Source of the DNA: Alphaproteobacteria bacterium UBA3864 | GTDB taxonomy: Bacteria; Pseudomonadota; Alphaproteobacteria; CAAGCB01; CAG-977 | DNA length: 64,000 nt | Assembly (NCBI GenBank): GCA_002393065.1 | Contig: DGGW01000004.1 | Span: forward strand, 16,461-80,460 | Direction of reading: 5' to 3' | Part shown: positions 36,423 through 45,743 of the stretch, piece after piece | Position numbering within the stretch: position 1 is the first letter of the stretch | Layout of the letters: every line of letters starts with the position of its first letter | Position numbers and translations under genes: made by a program | Notes under the pieces: model-generated | Databases searched by the model: none | What the model saw: only the letters and a program-made list of their open reading frames with translations | Told to the model about the DNA's origin: nothing

Positions 36423-37412
36423 TTAACGGTACGGATCGGACGAGGACAGCCAGTCTTTGACATACCGTTCGACGCCTTCCTCAAGCGGCGTGAACGATTT
36501 TGTATAGCCGGCGGCGCGCAGTTTCGTTACATCCGCCTGCGTAAAGTATTGATAAATGCCTTTCAGATCGGAGGGCAAATCAATAAAGTCCATTTCCGGT
36601 TTTTCGCCGACGGCCGCGTAAACGGCGCGCAAAACGTCCGCATACGTCCGCGCCAGCCCCGTTCCGACGTTGAACACGCCGGTCACGTCGCGGTGTTCCA
36701 AAAACCACAAAACGACGTCCGCGCAATCTTCGATCCACATGAAATCGCGCATCTGGTCGCCGTTTTTATACGCCGGATTTTCCGAACGGAACAACGGAAA
36801 AAGCTTGCCGTTTTTAGCGCAGTTGTAAATCGGCGGAATGACGCTTTGATGGCCGGTCTTATGGTATTCGTTCGGACCGTAGAGGTTGAAAAAGCGCAGG
36901 CTGACCCATTGCGGCGGAACGGGTTTGTTCTGGATTTCGTATTCGATGATGCGTCGTTCGACGAACAGCTTCGTCCACGCCATCGGCGTCAGCGGATTCA
37001 GTCTGGCCAAAGCGTCGCGGGAATCGTCGTCTTTGAACCCGAACGCCCCGTCGCCGTACACCCCGGCGGTCGACGCGAACAACAAAGGCTTTTCGTGTTC
37101 CGTACACCACGAAAACAAATCGTCGGTGAAATGAATGTTCGAATGAACGATCGCGTCGACGTGTCCGGCTTCCGAATTATACATCGCGCCGAAGTGCAGA
37201 ACGGCTTCGACTTCGTTGGCATGGCGGTTCAGATACGGAATCAGGTTTTCGGTAAAGATGATGTCCCGCAACGAATACCGTTTCGAAACGTTGCGCCATT
37301 TCGCGGTGTCGAACAATCTGTCGGCGATGACGACTTCGCCGAGTTGCCTTTTTTCGATCTCGGCCAAAATATTGGAACCTATAAAGCCGGCTCCGCCCGT
37401 GATAACGAACAT
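36423..37412 (-). CDS. hldD: ADP-L-glycero-D-manno-heptose 6-epimerase (SDR family)
   Basis: N-terminus MFVITGGAGFIGSNI; catalytic YxxxK; near-colinear with E. coli HldD (FNLYGPNEYHK, GVFNVGTG, YQYFTQADVTKLRAAGY). Confidence 0.8.
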   Translation of the reverse strand: MFVITGGAGFIGSNILAEIEKRQLGEVVIADRLFDTAKWRNVSKRYSLRDIIFTENLIPYLNRHANEVEAVLHFGAMYNSEAGHVDAIVHSNIHFTDDLFSWCTEHEKPLLFASTAGVYGDGAFGFKDDDSRDALARLNPLTPMAWTKLFVERRIIEYEIQNKPVPPQWVSLRFFNLYGPNEYHKTGHQSVIPPIYNCAKNGKLFPLFRSENPAYKNGDQMRDFMWIEDCADVVLWFLEHRDVTGVFNVGTGLARTYADVLRAVYAAVGEKPEMDFIDLPSDLKGIYQYFTQADVTKLRAAGYTKSFTPLEEGVERYVKDWLSSSDPYR

Positions 37413-37575
37413 ACAAAAACTCCCGAGAGTTTAAAGCGTTTTTTCTGTTATACGATAAAACGCGTCCAATCCAAAACTTTTTTATCCGAAGAGCGAACTT
37501 TTCCGACATTTTCCTTTCAAAAACCGCCTTTTGCGTTTATTTTACCGGAAAAACGTCTTGTCAGGAGGAAATCTC

Positions 37576-38391
37576 ATGGAACGAAAAGGTTTGTTGATCG
37601 TCGGATGCGGCAAAATGGGCGGCGCCGTGTTGCGCGGATGTTTGAAGAACGGTTTGAAAGCCGAAGACGTTCGCGTCGTCGAACCGTCGGCCGAAATCCG
37701 CGCCGCTTTATCGAAGAAAGGAATAGAAGCCGCCGAAACGCCCGCCGCCTTTGCCGGTTTTTCGCCGGAAGTCGTCTTTTCGGCGGTCAAACCGTTCAAG
37801 ATCGCCGACGTCGTCGATTCGTTCAAACCCTTTACGGACAAAGGCGCCGTTCTTTTGACGATCGTCGCGGGGAAGCCCCTATCCTTCTATGAAGCGCATC
37901 TGGGCGCCGCCGCGATCGTGCGCGCCATGCCGAACACGCCCGCCGCCGTCGGCGAAGGCATCACCGGCGCCGTCGCGTCAAAAGCGGTTTCGGCGCAACA
38001 GAAGCAAGCCGTCGGAGAAATCTTGCGGGCGTGCGGCGAAGTCGTTTGGGTCGACGACGAAGCGAAAATCGACGGGATCACCGCCGTTTCGGGCAGCGGT
38101 CCCGCTTACGTTTTCTTTTTGACCGAAGCGCTGGCGGCGGCGGCGGAAAAGCTCGGTTTCGACAGGGAAAGCGCCGAAAGACTCGCCAAAGCGACGGTAT
38201 GCGGTTCGGCCGCCCTGATGAAACAAAGCGCCGATTCCCCCGCCCGTCTGCGCGAAAACGTCACCACGCCGAACGGCACGACGGCGGCCGCGCTCGACAT
38301 TCTGATGAACGATAAAAACGGTTTCGTCCCGCTGATGACCGAAGCGGTCAAAGCCGCGGAACGGCGATCGAAGGAACTCGGTAAAGCCTGA
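37576..38391 (+). CDS. proC: pyrroline-5-carboxylate reductase
   Basis: ATG at 37576 after AGGAGG. Rossmann motif GCGKMGGA and P5CR C-terminal dimerisation domain. Confidence 0.85.
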   Translation: MERKGLLIVGCGKMGGAVLRGCLKNGLKAEDVRVVEPSAEIRAALSKKGIEAAETPAAFAGFSPEVVFSAVKPFKIADVVDSFKPFTDKGAVLLTIVAGKPLSFYEAHLGAAAIVRAMPNTPAAVGEGITGAVASKAVSAQQKQAVGEILRACGEVVWVDDEAKIDGITAVSGSGPAYVFFLTEALAAAAEKLGFDRESAERLAKATVCGSAALMKQSADSPARLRENVTTPNGTTAAALDILMNDKNGFVPLMTEAVKAAERRSKELGKA

Positions 38392-38432
38392 AACAAAGAA
38401 ATCCCGCAAGATCAAAATCTTGCGGGATGTTT

Positions 38433-39089
38433 TTAAACGCTGGTATCAATATGGACCGGTTCAGCGTTTTCCTTGCCGGGCATAGGACCGCCGCGCGTGA
38501 CGACGACCATGGCTTCGCGCAGGACGCGGTCGCCGCCGATCATATAGCCTTTCTGCCATTCCTGAACGATCGTTCCCGACGGTTTTTCGGGGTCTTCGAT
38601 TTCCTGAACGACTTTGTGAACATTCGGATCAAAAACTTTCCCGACGCTGTCGACGGGCGTAACGCCGTTCTTTTCCAACGCCGAATCCAGTGATTTGCGC
38701 GTCAGATCCAATCCGACCAGCAGATTTTTGACGACTTCCGGCTGTTGTTCGCGCATTTCCGGCGTCATCGCGTCCAACGCGCGCGACAGATTGTCGTTGA
38801 CGGTCAGCAGATCCTTGGCGAAAGCGGAAACGGCGAATTTCGACCGTTTTTCAAGCTCGATCTGCGTCCGGCGGCGCAGGTTTTCCATCTCCGCCTGCGA
38901 ACGGACGTACAAATCCTTGAATTTTTCGACCTCTTCCTTCAAAGCCGCGATTTCGTCGCCGTTTGCGGGTTCGGGCGCGCTCTCTTCGGCGAAATCCTCC
39001 CGCGGTTCTTCTTCGGCCGCGATTTCGTCAACGGATTGTTCCGTTTCGTTTTCTTCGATATGGTCATGACGATGATGATGTTTGCTCAT
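38433..39089 (-). CDS. grpE: nucleotide exchange factor GrpE
   Basis: 218 aa. Acidic N-terminus, a long paired helix, and the GrpE C-terminal beta domain (VVQEWQKGYMIGGDRVLREAMVVV). Confidence 0.9.
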   Translation of the reverse strand: MSKHHHRHDHIEENETEQSVDEIAAEEEPREDFAEESAPEPANGDEIAALKEEVEKFKDLYVRSQAEMENLRRRTQIELEKRSKFAVSAFAKDLLTVNDNLSRALDAMTPEMREQQPEVVKNLLVGLDLTRKSLDSALEKNGVTPVDSVGKVFDPNVHKVVQEIEDPEKPSGTIVQEWQKGYMIGGDRVLREAMVVVTRGGPMPGKENAEPVHIDTSV

Positions 39090-39093
39090 AATT

Positions 39094-40146
39094 TCACCCT
39101 ATCAGTTTACTGATGACTTGAGACGTGTAATCCACCAGAGGAATAAGTCTGGCGTAATTCATGCGGGTCGGTCCGATGATGCCTATCGCGCCGACGATTT
39201 TTTCCCGACTGTCGCGATACGGCGCCGTGATGACCGAACACCCCGACAATCTGAACAGCGCGTTTTCCGCGCCGATGTAAATCTGTATGCCGTCCGCCGA
39301 TTTCGTTAAATCCAGCAGGTTCGACACGGTTTCCTGCTTTTCCAATTCGTCGAACAGAACTTTTATCCTGTCCAGATCCCGAACGGCCTGAACGTCGTTC
39401 AGCAAATTCGCACGGCCTTTGACGATCAGGGCGTTTTTCCGTTCCCCGCTCCAGGCCGCGATTCCCTGCGACACGAGGTTTGCCGCCGTTTTATCCAGCA
39501 AAGCCTTGTTCGACCGCGTTTCCGATTCGATTTCCGCGCGCGCCTCGTCGAGCGTCCGCCCCTGCAGCCGGCGGGTCAGATAATTGCCCGCCTCGATCAG
39601 AGAAGACGGCAGAGTGCCGGGGGGAACTTCGATGACTTTATTTTCGACCGTTCCGTCCGTGCCGACCGTGACGACCAGCGCTTTCCGTGCGCTCAACGGC
39701 ACGAATTCGATATGTTTCAGCGGCGTTTGGTCAAGCTTCGGCGCGATGACGAGACCGGCGCACTGCGACAAGCCGGACAGTGTCGCCGTAACTTGCGTCA
39801 GCATATCCTCGATGCTGACGCCTTCGACGGAGCAACGCGCTTCGATCGCCTGTCTTTCCGACGATTCAAGGACTCCGATTTCCAGCAATCCGTCAACGAA
39901 CAGCTTCAATCCCCGCTCGGTCGGGACGCGGCCGGCCGACGTGTGGGGCGACGTCAGCAATCCGGCTTTTTCCAGATCCGCCATAATGTTGCGGACGGAC
40001 GCCGACGATAGCGGAAAATCAAGCAGTCCCGCCACCGTTTTCGATCCGACGGGCAGCCCCGTTTCCAGATACGAATCGACCAGCGCCCTGAAAACATCGC
40101 AGGAACGCTGATTTAATTGAGCCGACGCTGTTCTTTTCTTGTTCAT
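39094..40146 (-). CDS. hrcA: heat-inducible transcription repressor HrcA
   Basis: 350 aa. N-terminal winged helix (RSCDVFRALVDSYLETGLPVGSKTVA); hrcA-grpE operon. Confidence 0.9.
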   Translation of the reverse strand: MNKKRTASAQLNQRSCDVFRALVDSYLETGLPVGSKTVAGLLDFPLSSASVRNIMADLEKAGLLTSPHTSAGRVPTERGLKLFVDGLLEIGVLESSERQAIEARCSVEGVSIEDMLTQVTATLSGLSQCAGLVIAPKLDQTPLKHIEFVPLSARKALVVTVGTDGTVENKVIEVPPGTLPSSLIEAGNYLTRRLQGRTLDEARAEIESETRSNKALLDKTAANLVSQGIAAWSGERKNALIVKGRANLLNDVQAVRDLDRIKVLFDELEKQETVSNLLDLTKSADGIQIYIGAENALFRLSGCSVITAPYRDSREKIVGAIGIIGPTRMNYARLIPLVDYTSQVISKLIG

Positions 40147-40221
40147 CGCCTTTCAATGTAGTAATCATAAAAACAAACGTCAACAGCTCAAATTTATTTA
40201 TTTTGCCGAAAGGAAAAGAGC

Positions 40222-40938
40222 ATGGAAAGACCGTCCAAAAGAAAAGCCGACGAACTGCGTCCCGTAACCATCGAACCGAACGTCAACAAGCACGCCGAAG
40301 GGTCGTGCCTGATCAAATGCGGCGACACGCACGTCATCTGCACCGCCAGCGTCGAAGACAAAGTCCCCGTCTGGATGCGCAATTCCGGCCGCGGCTGGGT
40401 CACAGCCGAATACGGCATGATCCCGCGCGCCACGGGCGTCCGCACCGACCGCGAAGCCAAAAAAGGCCAAAGCGGCAGAACCGAGGAGATCCAACGCCTG
40501 ATCGGACGGGCGCTGCGCTCCGTCGTCGATCTGAAAGCGCTCGGCGAAATGTGCGTCAAGATCGACTGCGACGTCATTCAGGCGGACGGCGGCACGCGTA
40601 CCGCCTCCATCACGGGCGGCTTTGTCGCGTTAAGGCTGGCCCTGCAAAAACTCGTCGACCAACACCGCTTGTCCTCCCTGCCGTTGTTCGACACGGTTTC
40701 CGCGATCTCCTGCGGCATCTGCAACGACGAACCCGTGCTGGACCTCGACTATCTGGAGGATTCGACGGCGCAGACGGACGCGAACTTCGTCATCACCGGC
40801 AAAGGCGGCATCGTCGAAATCCAGGGAACGGCCGAACGCAAGCCGTTCACCGAAGAGGAGTTCCTGAAACTTTACGCTCTGGCGCGCAAAGGAACGTCGG
40901 AAATCGCCGAAATCCAGAAAAAGGCGTTCGGAGGCTGA
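40222..40938 (+). CDS. rph: ribonuclease PH
   Basis: 238 aa. Motifs [22 protein letters not shown] and [17 protein letters not shown]. Confidence 0.9.
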   Translation: MERPSKRKADELRPVTIEPNVNKHAEGSCLIKCGDTHVICTASVEDKVPVWMRNSGRGWVTAEYGMIPRATGVRTDREAKKGQSGRTEEIQRLIGRALRSVVDLKALGEMCVKIDCDVIQADGGTRTASITGGFVALRLALQKLVDQHRLSSLPLFDTVSAISCGICNDEPVLDLDYLEDSTAQTDANFVITGKGGIVEIQGTAERKPFTEEEFLKLYALARKGTSEIAEIQKKAFGG

Positions 40939-40941
40939 TCC

Positions 40942-41535
40942 ATGCGGAAACTGACCGAAAAGGAAGTCGTCCTCGCCACGCACAACAAAGGCAAAGTCGC
41001 CGAACTGCAGGCTTTGCTCGAACCGTACGGGATCACCGTTTTGTGTTCCGACGACTTGGGATTGTCCGAACCCGAGGAAACGGGCAAAACTTTCGCCGAA
41101 AACGCGAAAATCAAAGCCGTCACCGCCGCGTTCGAAGCCGAACGTCCCGCCATTGCCGACGATTCGGGACTGTGCGTCCACGCGTTGAACGGGCGTCCCG
41201 GCATTTATTCCGCGCGCTACAACGAACCGAAAAAAAACGGATTCGCCTATGCGATGGAAAAGCTGAACGAAGAGCTCGGCGATTCGACCGACCGGTCGGC
41301 ACATTTCGCGTCGGCCGTCGTTCTGGCCTGGCCCGACGGAACGGTCAACGTTTTCGAAGGCCGCGTCGACGGAACGCTTTGCTGGCCGCCGCGCGGTGAA
41401 AAAGGGTTCGGATACGACCCGATGTTCGTTCCCGACGGATACGACAAAACTTTTGCCGAACTGCCCGCCGACGTTAAAAACACGATCAGTCACCGCGCCC
41501 GCGCGACGACCGCCCTCGTCAAGGCGTGCCTGTGA
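40942..41535 (+). CDS. rdgB: dITP/XTP pyrophosphatase (RdgB/HAM1 family)
   Basis: 197 aa. Motifs LATHNKGKVAEL and FGYDPMFVP. Confidence 0.9.
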   Translation: MRKLTEKEVVLATHNKGKVAELQALLEPYGITVLCSDDLGLSEPEETGKTFAENAKIKAVTAAFEAERPAIADDSGLCVHALNGRPGIYSARYNEPKKNGFAYAMEKLNEELGDSTDRSAHFASAVVLAWPDGTVNVFEGRVDGTLCWPPRGEKGFGYDPMFVPDGYDKTFAELPADVKNTISHRARATTALVKACL

Positions 41536-42647
41536 GCTTCGGTATATATATCCATTGGCCGTTTTGCCGGTCGAAGTGCCCGTATTGCGATTTCCCGAGC
41601 CGTCCGGCCAAAACGGTCGACCTTAACGTTTGGGAAAAAGCGTATGAAGACTCTTTGACCGGCTACGCCGCGCGTCTGCCCGACAAGACCGTCAGATCGG
41701 TCTTTTTCGGCGGCGGCACACCGTCGATGACGGATCCGGCGTTGATCGAAAAGTTGATTTCAACAATTAAAAAATCGTTTAAAGTATCTGACGATGTTGA
41801 AATTTCTTTGGAAGCCAATCCGGATTCCGCCAACGAAGAAAAAATGCTTTCATGGCGCAAAGCGGGGGTGAACCGGCTTTCCGTCGGCGTCCAATCCCTG
41901 ATCGACCGGGATCTGAAATTTTTAGGCCGTCTCCATTCGGCCGAAGACGCTCTGAAAACGATCGAAGCGGCGAAAGCGGTTTTTCCCGTCGTGTCCGCGG
42001 ATTTCATTTACGCCCGTCCGGATCAAACGCTTGCGGCGTGGAAAAACGAACTGCGTCAAATCCTCGATCTGAATCTTCTTCATTATTCGTTTTACCAGCT
42101 GACGATTGAGGAAGGGACTTTTTTTCACAAAAAAGGCGTCGAACCGCCCGAAGAGGGTCTTTGCGCCGATATGTTCGATTTGACCGACAGGGAAACGCGT
42201 TTGGCGGGCGTTCCGCGCTATGAAGTGTCGAACCATGCCGATAAAGCGCACCACTGCCGACATAATCAGCTGTATTGGCAGGGCGGCGAATGGATCGGCG
42301 TCGGAACGGGCGCGCACGGCCGCTTTACGGAAAACGGACGCTTCGTCGCGACGGCCGAAAGCCCCTTGCCCGACGATTTCATCAATCGCCGCGGGCACGA
42401 AGAATACGTCCTGACGCAAAAAGAAAAAGCCGAAGAACTGATTTTGACCGCCCTGCGCACGGAAGACGGACTGAACCGGGACGTTTTCCGCGCCCTTGTC
42501 GGTTCGGATTTCGAAAACTTTTTAGACGCGGGCGTATTGCAGGACTATCAGACGGACGGTTTTCTCGTCTGCGATAAAAAAGGCCTCCGCACCACGGCGA
42601 AAGGCCTTCTTATCCTCAACGCGCTGTTTCCGTCGCTGTTAGTTTGA
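41526..42647 (+). CDS. hemW: radical-SAM heme chaperone HemW (HemN-like, non-CPO)
   Basis: CxxxCxxC cluster site YIHWPFCRSKCPYCDF and a HemN C-terminal domain. rph-rdgB-hemW is conserved synteny. Confidence 0.85.
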   Translation: MPVSFGIYIHWPFCRSKCPYCDFPSRPAKTVDLNVWEKAYEDSLTGYAARLPDKTVRSVFFGGGTPSMTDPALIEKLISTIKKSFKVSDDVEISLEANPDSANEEKMLSWRKAGVNRLSVGVQSLIDRDLKFLGRLHSAEDALKTIEAAKAVFPVVSADFIYARPDQTLAAWKNELRQILDLNLLHYSFYQLTIEEGTFFHKKGVEPPEEGLCADMFDLTDRETRLAGVPRYEVSNHADKAHHCRHNQLYWQGGEWIGVGTGAHGRFTENGRFVATAESPLPDDFINRRGHEEYVLTQKEKAEELILTALRTEDGLNRDVFRALVGSDFENFLDAGVLQDYQTDGFLVCDKKGLRTTAKGLLILNALFPSLLV

Positions 42648-44483
42648 AATCACCGGCTTTTGAACGGCCTTCCGGTAAACGGGCTTTTGCGTCGGTTTTT
42701 CAATAACGGGTTTCTGGACCGCTTTTTTCACGGCGGGCTTCTGCGTCGCTTTTTCGATGACCGGTTTTTGCACCGCCTTTTCAACGACAGGCTTTTGCGT
42801 CGCTTTTTCGATAACGGGTTTCTGCACCGGTTTTTCGATAACGGGTTTTTGCACTGCCTTTTCAACGACCGGTTTCTGCACCGGTTTTTCAATAACCGGT
42901 TCCTGAACGGCTTTTTCATCCGTTTTTTGTTCCGCCGGTTCCGTTAAAACGATTTCCTTGTCCGTCGTTTCGTCGACAATGACCGTTTCCGCTTCCGGCA
43001 CATAAATCAGCGCGGGCGAAAAACGGAATCCGCCGATAAAAACTTCCGGCGCCTGGACGGGATCGTTTTCAAATTTTTCAATGGCCGGCGACAAAGTAAC
43101 GAAACCGCGCCGCTCCACGCCCAAAACCTCCAAACCGCGTTCCGATTCGCCGTTCGGCAACAAACGGAACAGCCCGTCCACACCGTTGAACCCCGAAGGC
43201 GTCGTCAGATTGGAATACGAAAAACCGCCCATATCCGTCAAAACGGACGCCAGAGCCACCGCGTCATACGCCTGGGAAGCGATCCTTAACGGCTTTTCAC
43301 CGTAAATCTCTTTAAAGCGGGCCGCAAATCCCTGGAATCCCGCCGTCGGCAAATTGGCGAACCAGCCGCCGATCAACGACGATTCGCGCGCAGGCTTGGC
43401 TTCCGCCCACTGCGACGTTCCCAAAACGCGGATTTCCTTCGGCAGATCGTAATACGAGAACAAAGCTCCCAAAGAACGCAAACGCGAACCGTCATCGGAA
43501 ACGAAAATCGCGTCAAATTCGAACGGATCGCGAATCAACTCTTTCGTTTTCAGCGCTTCGATCGTTTCATCCAGCTGTTTTTCCGTCATGTGGACGTCTT
43601 TCCATTCGCCCGTTTCCTCGTCCTTCATCGGAACGGGTTTGCCCGCATAAACCAATTCGATCGACGATTCCAGCCGCTTTATTTCCTCATCGCGTTCTTT
43701 TTCCAGATCTTCCATCATACGGGGCATGATCGACGCGACGGAAGGCTGCAAATTGTCGATTTTCGGATCGTAAAAGCCCGCCTTGGTGATTTTCGCGCCG
43801 CATTCGTCCGTCGCCTTTTTGATAGCGTAGGAAATAATATCCCCGGTCATGTTGTCCTGACTGAGAATCGCAAATCTTTTATATCCTTTTTCACAGGCGT
43901 ACCGCGTGATCATTTCCGCCTGTTGCGACGTCAGCGTGCTGATGGTGTAAACGCCTTTTCCGAAATTCGACGGATCCGACGAAAACGTGATGACGCCGAT
44001 ATCCGCGTCGCGCGCGATGGGACGAACGGAGTGAACCTCTTTGGAAAAAACGGGGCCGATAATCAGCTCGACTCCTTGCGAAACGGCCGTTTCCGCCGCT
44101 TTGCGCGCGCCTTCCTGCGTTCCTTCCGTATCGTAAAACTGCAAAATCAGTTTCGGATTGTTCATATCGAACAACGCCATCATCGCCGATTTTTGCAGAT
44201 TTTCGCCCAATTTGGCGGAAGGTCCGGACAACGGGACCAAAACACCGACTCTGTAACGTTCGACCGGTTTTTTCAGAACGATGCTTTCCGTCGGCTGTTC
44301 AACGGAAGCAACGGGGCTCTGCTCCGCCAGATCCGCGTCCGATATGTTGAATACGCTCTTGTCGATAGGAACTCTCGTTCTTCCGCAAGAAGCCGCCGCA
44401 AGAATTAAAACCGCCGTAAAGAACTGTCGAAAAAAGTATCGCAAAGGATTTGCTCCCGATAAAAGAATGGGTTTAAGATGCAT
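42639..44483 (-). CDS. LpoA-like penicillin-binding-protein activator / periplasmic-binding-fold lipoprotein with C-terminal tandem repeats
   Basis: Lipobox ILAAASCG, type-1 periplasmic binding fold (VGVLVPLSGPSAKLG...), and about 11 copies of PVQKPVIEK at the C-terminus. Divergent from rsmI-yraN as lpoA is in E. coli. Start taken at MHLKP (44483); the ORF extends to 44522. Confidence 0.6.
   Translation of the reverse strand: MHLKPILLSGANPLRYFFRQFFTAVLILAAASCGRTRVPIDKSVFNISDADLAEQSPVASVEQPTESIVLKKPVERYRVGVLVPLSGPSAKLGENLQKSAMMALFDMNNPKLILQFYDTEGTQEGARKAAETAVSQGVELIIGPVFSKEVHSVRPIARDADIGVITFSSDPSNFGKGVYTISTLTSQQAEMITRYACEKGYKRFAILSQDNMTGDIISYAIKKATDECGAKITKAGFYDPKIDNLQPSVASIMPRMMEDLEKERDEEIKRLESSIELVYAGKPVPMKDEETGEWKDVHMTEKQLDETIEALKTKELIRDPFEFDAIFVSDDGSRLRSLGALFSYYDLPKEIRVLGTSQWAEAKPARESSLIGGWFANLPTAGFQGFAARFKEIYGEKPLRIASQAYDAVALASVLTDMGGFSYSNLTTPSGFNGVDGLFRLLPNGESERGLEVLGVERRGFVTLSPAIEKFENDPVQAPEVFIGGFRFSPALIYVPEAETVIVDETTDKEIVLTEPAEQKTDEKAVQEPVIEKPVQKPVVEKAVQKPVIEKPVQKPVIEKATQKPVVEKAVQKPVIEKATQKPAVKKAVQKPVIEKPTQKPVYRKAVQKPVISN
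42645..42915. repeat. 24-bp-period imperfect tandem repeat (about 11 units) encoding the (K/E)(A/P)VQKPV(I/V)EK repeat
   Basis: Visible as CGATAACGGGTTT(C/T)TGCACCGGTTTTT-type units on the plus strand. Confidence 0.8.
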
Positions 44484-44510
44484 ACTAACCGTTTTTATTC
44501 CGGAGTGCAA

Positions 44511-45356
44511 ATGTCTGAACAAACTTTTATCAAAGGATTGTATCTTGTCGCCACACCCATCGGCAATTTGGGCGACCTTTCCGCCCGCGCCGTCGACGTT
44601 TTAAAAGCCGCCGACCTGATCGCGTGCGAAGACACGCGCGTTACGGCAAAACTGCTTTCCCATTGGGGAATCGCGACAAAAACGACGCCTTATCACGAAC
44701 ATAACGCCGATAAAGCCCTGCCCAAACTGATGGAACGGCTGAAAAACGGCGATATGATCGCGCAGGTTTCCGACGCCGGAACGCCGATCGTCAGCGATCC
44801 GGGATACCGGCTCGTTCAGGCTTGTCTGGCGGAAAACGTATATGTGACCGCCGTTCCGGGGGCTTCGGCCGTTCTGACGGCTTTGCAATTGTCGGGGCTG
44901 CCGTCGCACCGGTGGCTTTTCGAAGGCTTTTTGCCCCCGAAGACCGCCGCCAAAGAAAAAGAGCTGAATCTGCTGAAAGAGATTCCCGCAACGCTGATTT
45001 TTTACGAATCGCCGAACCGTCTGACCGAAACGCTGAAGTCCATGCGCGCCGTTTTGGGCGACCGGCAAGCCGCCGTATCGCGCGAACTGACCAAAAAATT
45101 CGAAGAAACCGTCCGCGGGAATCTTGATTTCCTGATCGAAAAATACGAAACCGAAGGCGCGCCCAAAGGAGAGATCGTCATCACTGTCGCTCCCGTCAAA
45201 GAAAAAGTATTAAAAATAGAAAATATAGAAGAATTACTCAAACAATCGTTGCAAACGATGAAAGTCAAAGACGCCGCCGCTTTCGTCGCGGAACAAACCG
45301 GATTGTCCAGAAAAGAGCTGTATCAAAAAGCGTTGGCTTTAAAAAATGACAAATAA
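44511..45356 (+). CDS. rsmI: 16S rRNA (cytidine1402-2'-O)-methyltransferase
   Basis: Start MSEQTFIKGLYLVATPIGNLGDLS; tetrapyrrole-methylase fold. Confidence 0.85.
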   Translation: MSEQTFIKGLYLVATPIGNLGDLSARAVDVLKAADLIACEDTRVTAKLLSHWGIATKTTPYHEHNADKALPKLMERLKNGDMIAQVSDAGTPIVSDPGYRLVQACLAENVYVTAVPGASAVLTALQLSGLPSHRWLFEGFLPPKTAAKEKELNLLKEIPATLIFYESPNRLTETLKSMRAVLGDRQAAVSRELTKKFEETVRGNLDFLIEKYETEGAPKGEIVITVAPVKEKVLKIENIEELLKQSLQTMKVKDAAAFVAEQTGLSRKELYQKALALKNDK

Positions 45357-45729
45357 AGAACAAAGCGGTCAAAAGGCTTTTCGGAACGGACACAAAGCGG
45401 AAACGATCGCCGCTTTGTTCCTTCGCCTTAAAGGATACAAGCTCGTCGAAAAGAATTTCAAACCGCCGAGGGGAACGGGCGCCGGCGAAATCGATCTGAT
45501 CGTCGAAAAGAACATGACCGTCGTCTTTGTCGAAGTCAAATTACGCCAAACGACGGATACCGCCGCCGAATCCGTTTCCGAAACCGTCAAACGGCGACGC
45601 ATCCGCGGCGCGGAGTATTTTTTGGCCCTGCATCCGGAATTTGAAAAACACGATAAACGCTTTGACGTCGTACTGATGGCCCCGAAAAAATTTCCGGTCC
45701 ACATCAAAAACGCTTTTATCTGCGAATAA
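45346..45729 (+). CDS. yraN: YraN-family (UPF0102) endonuclease-like protein
   Basis: 127 aa. Motif GEIDLIVEK...VVFVEVKLRQ; overlaps the rsmI 3' end by 11 nt. Confidence 0.8.
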   Translation: MTNKEQSGQKAFRNGHKAETIAALFLRLKGYKLVEKNFKPPRGTGAGEIDLIVEKNMTVVFVEVKLRQTTDTAAESVSETVKRRRIRGAEYFLALHPEFEKHDKRFDVVLMAPKKFPVHIKNAFICE

Positions 45730-45743
45730 AAGCCTAAAGTCGC

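Noticed and set aside
40147-40221. Looked for a CIRCE element (TTAGCACTC-N9-GAGTGCTAA) upstream of hrcA
   Set aside because: No match in the hrcA/rph divergent spacer or elsewhere that I could see. CIRCE is usually upstream of groESL/dnaK, which are not in this window.
40203-41399. 398-aa plus-strand ORF (extremely Arg-rich) overlapping rph and rdgB in another frame, and 287-aa minus ORF 40630-41493
   Set aside because: Both are off-frame or antisense to rph/rdgB, which have clear family motifs. About 25% Arg is a GC-frame artefact.
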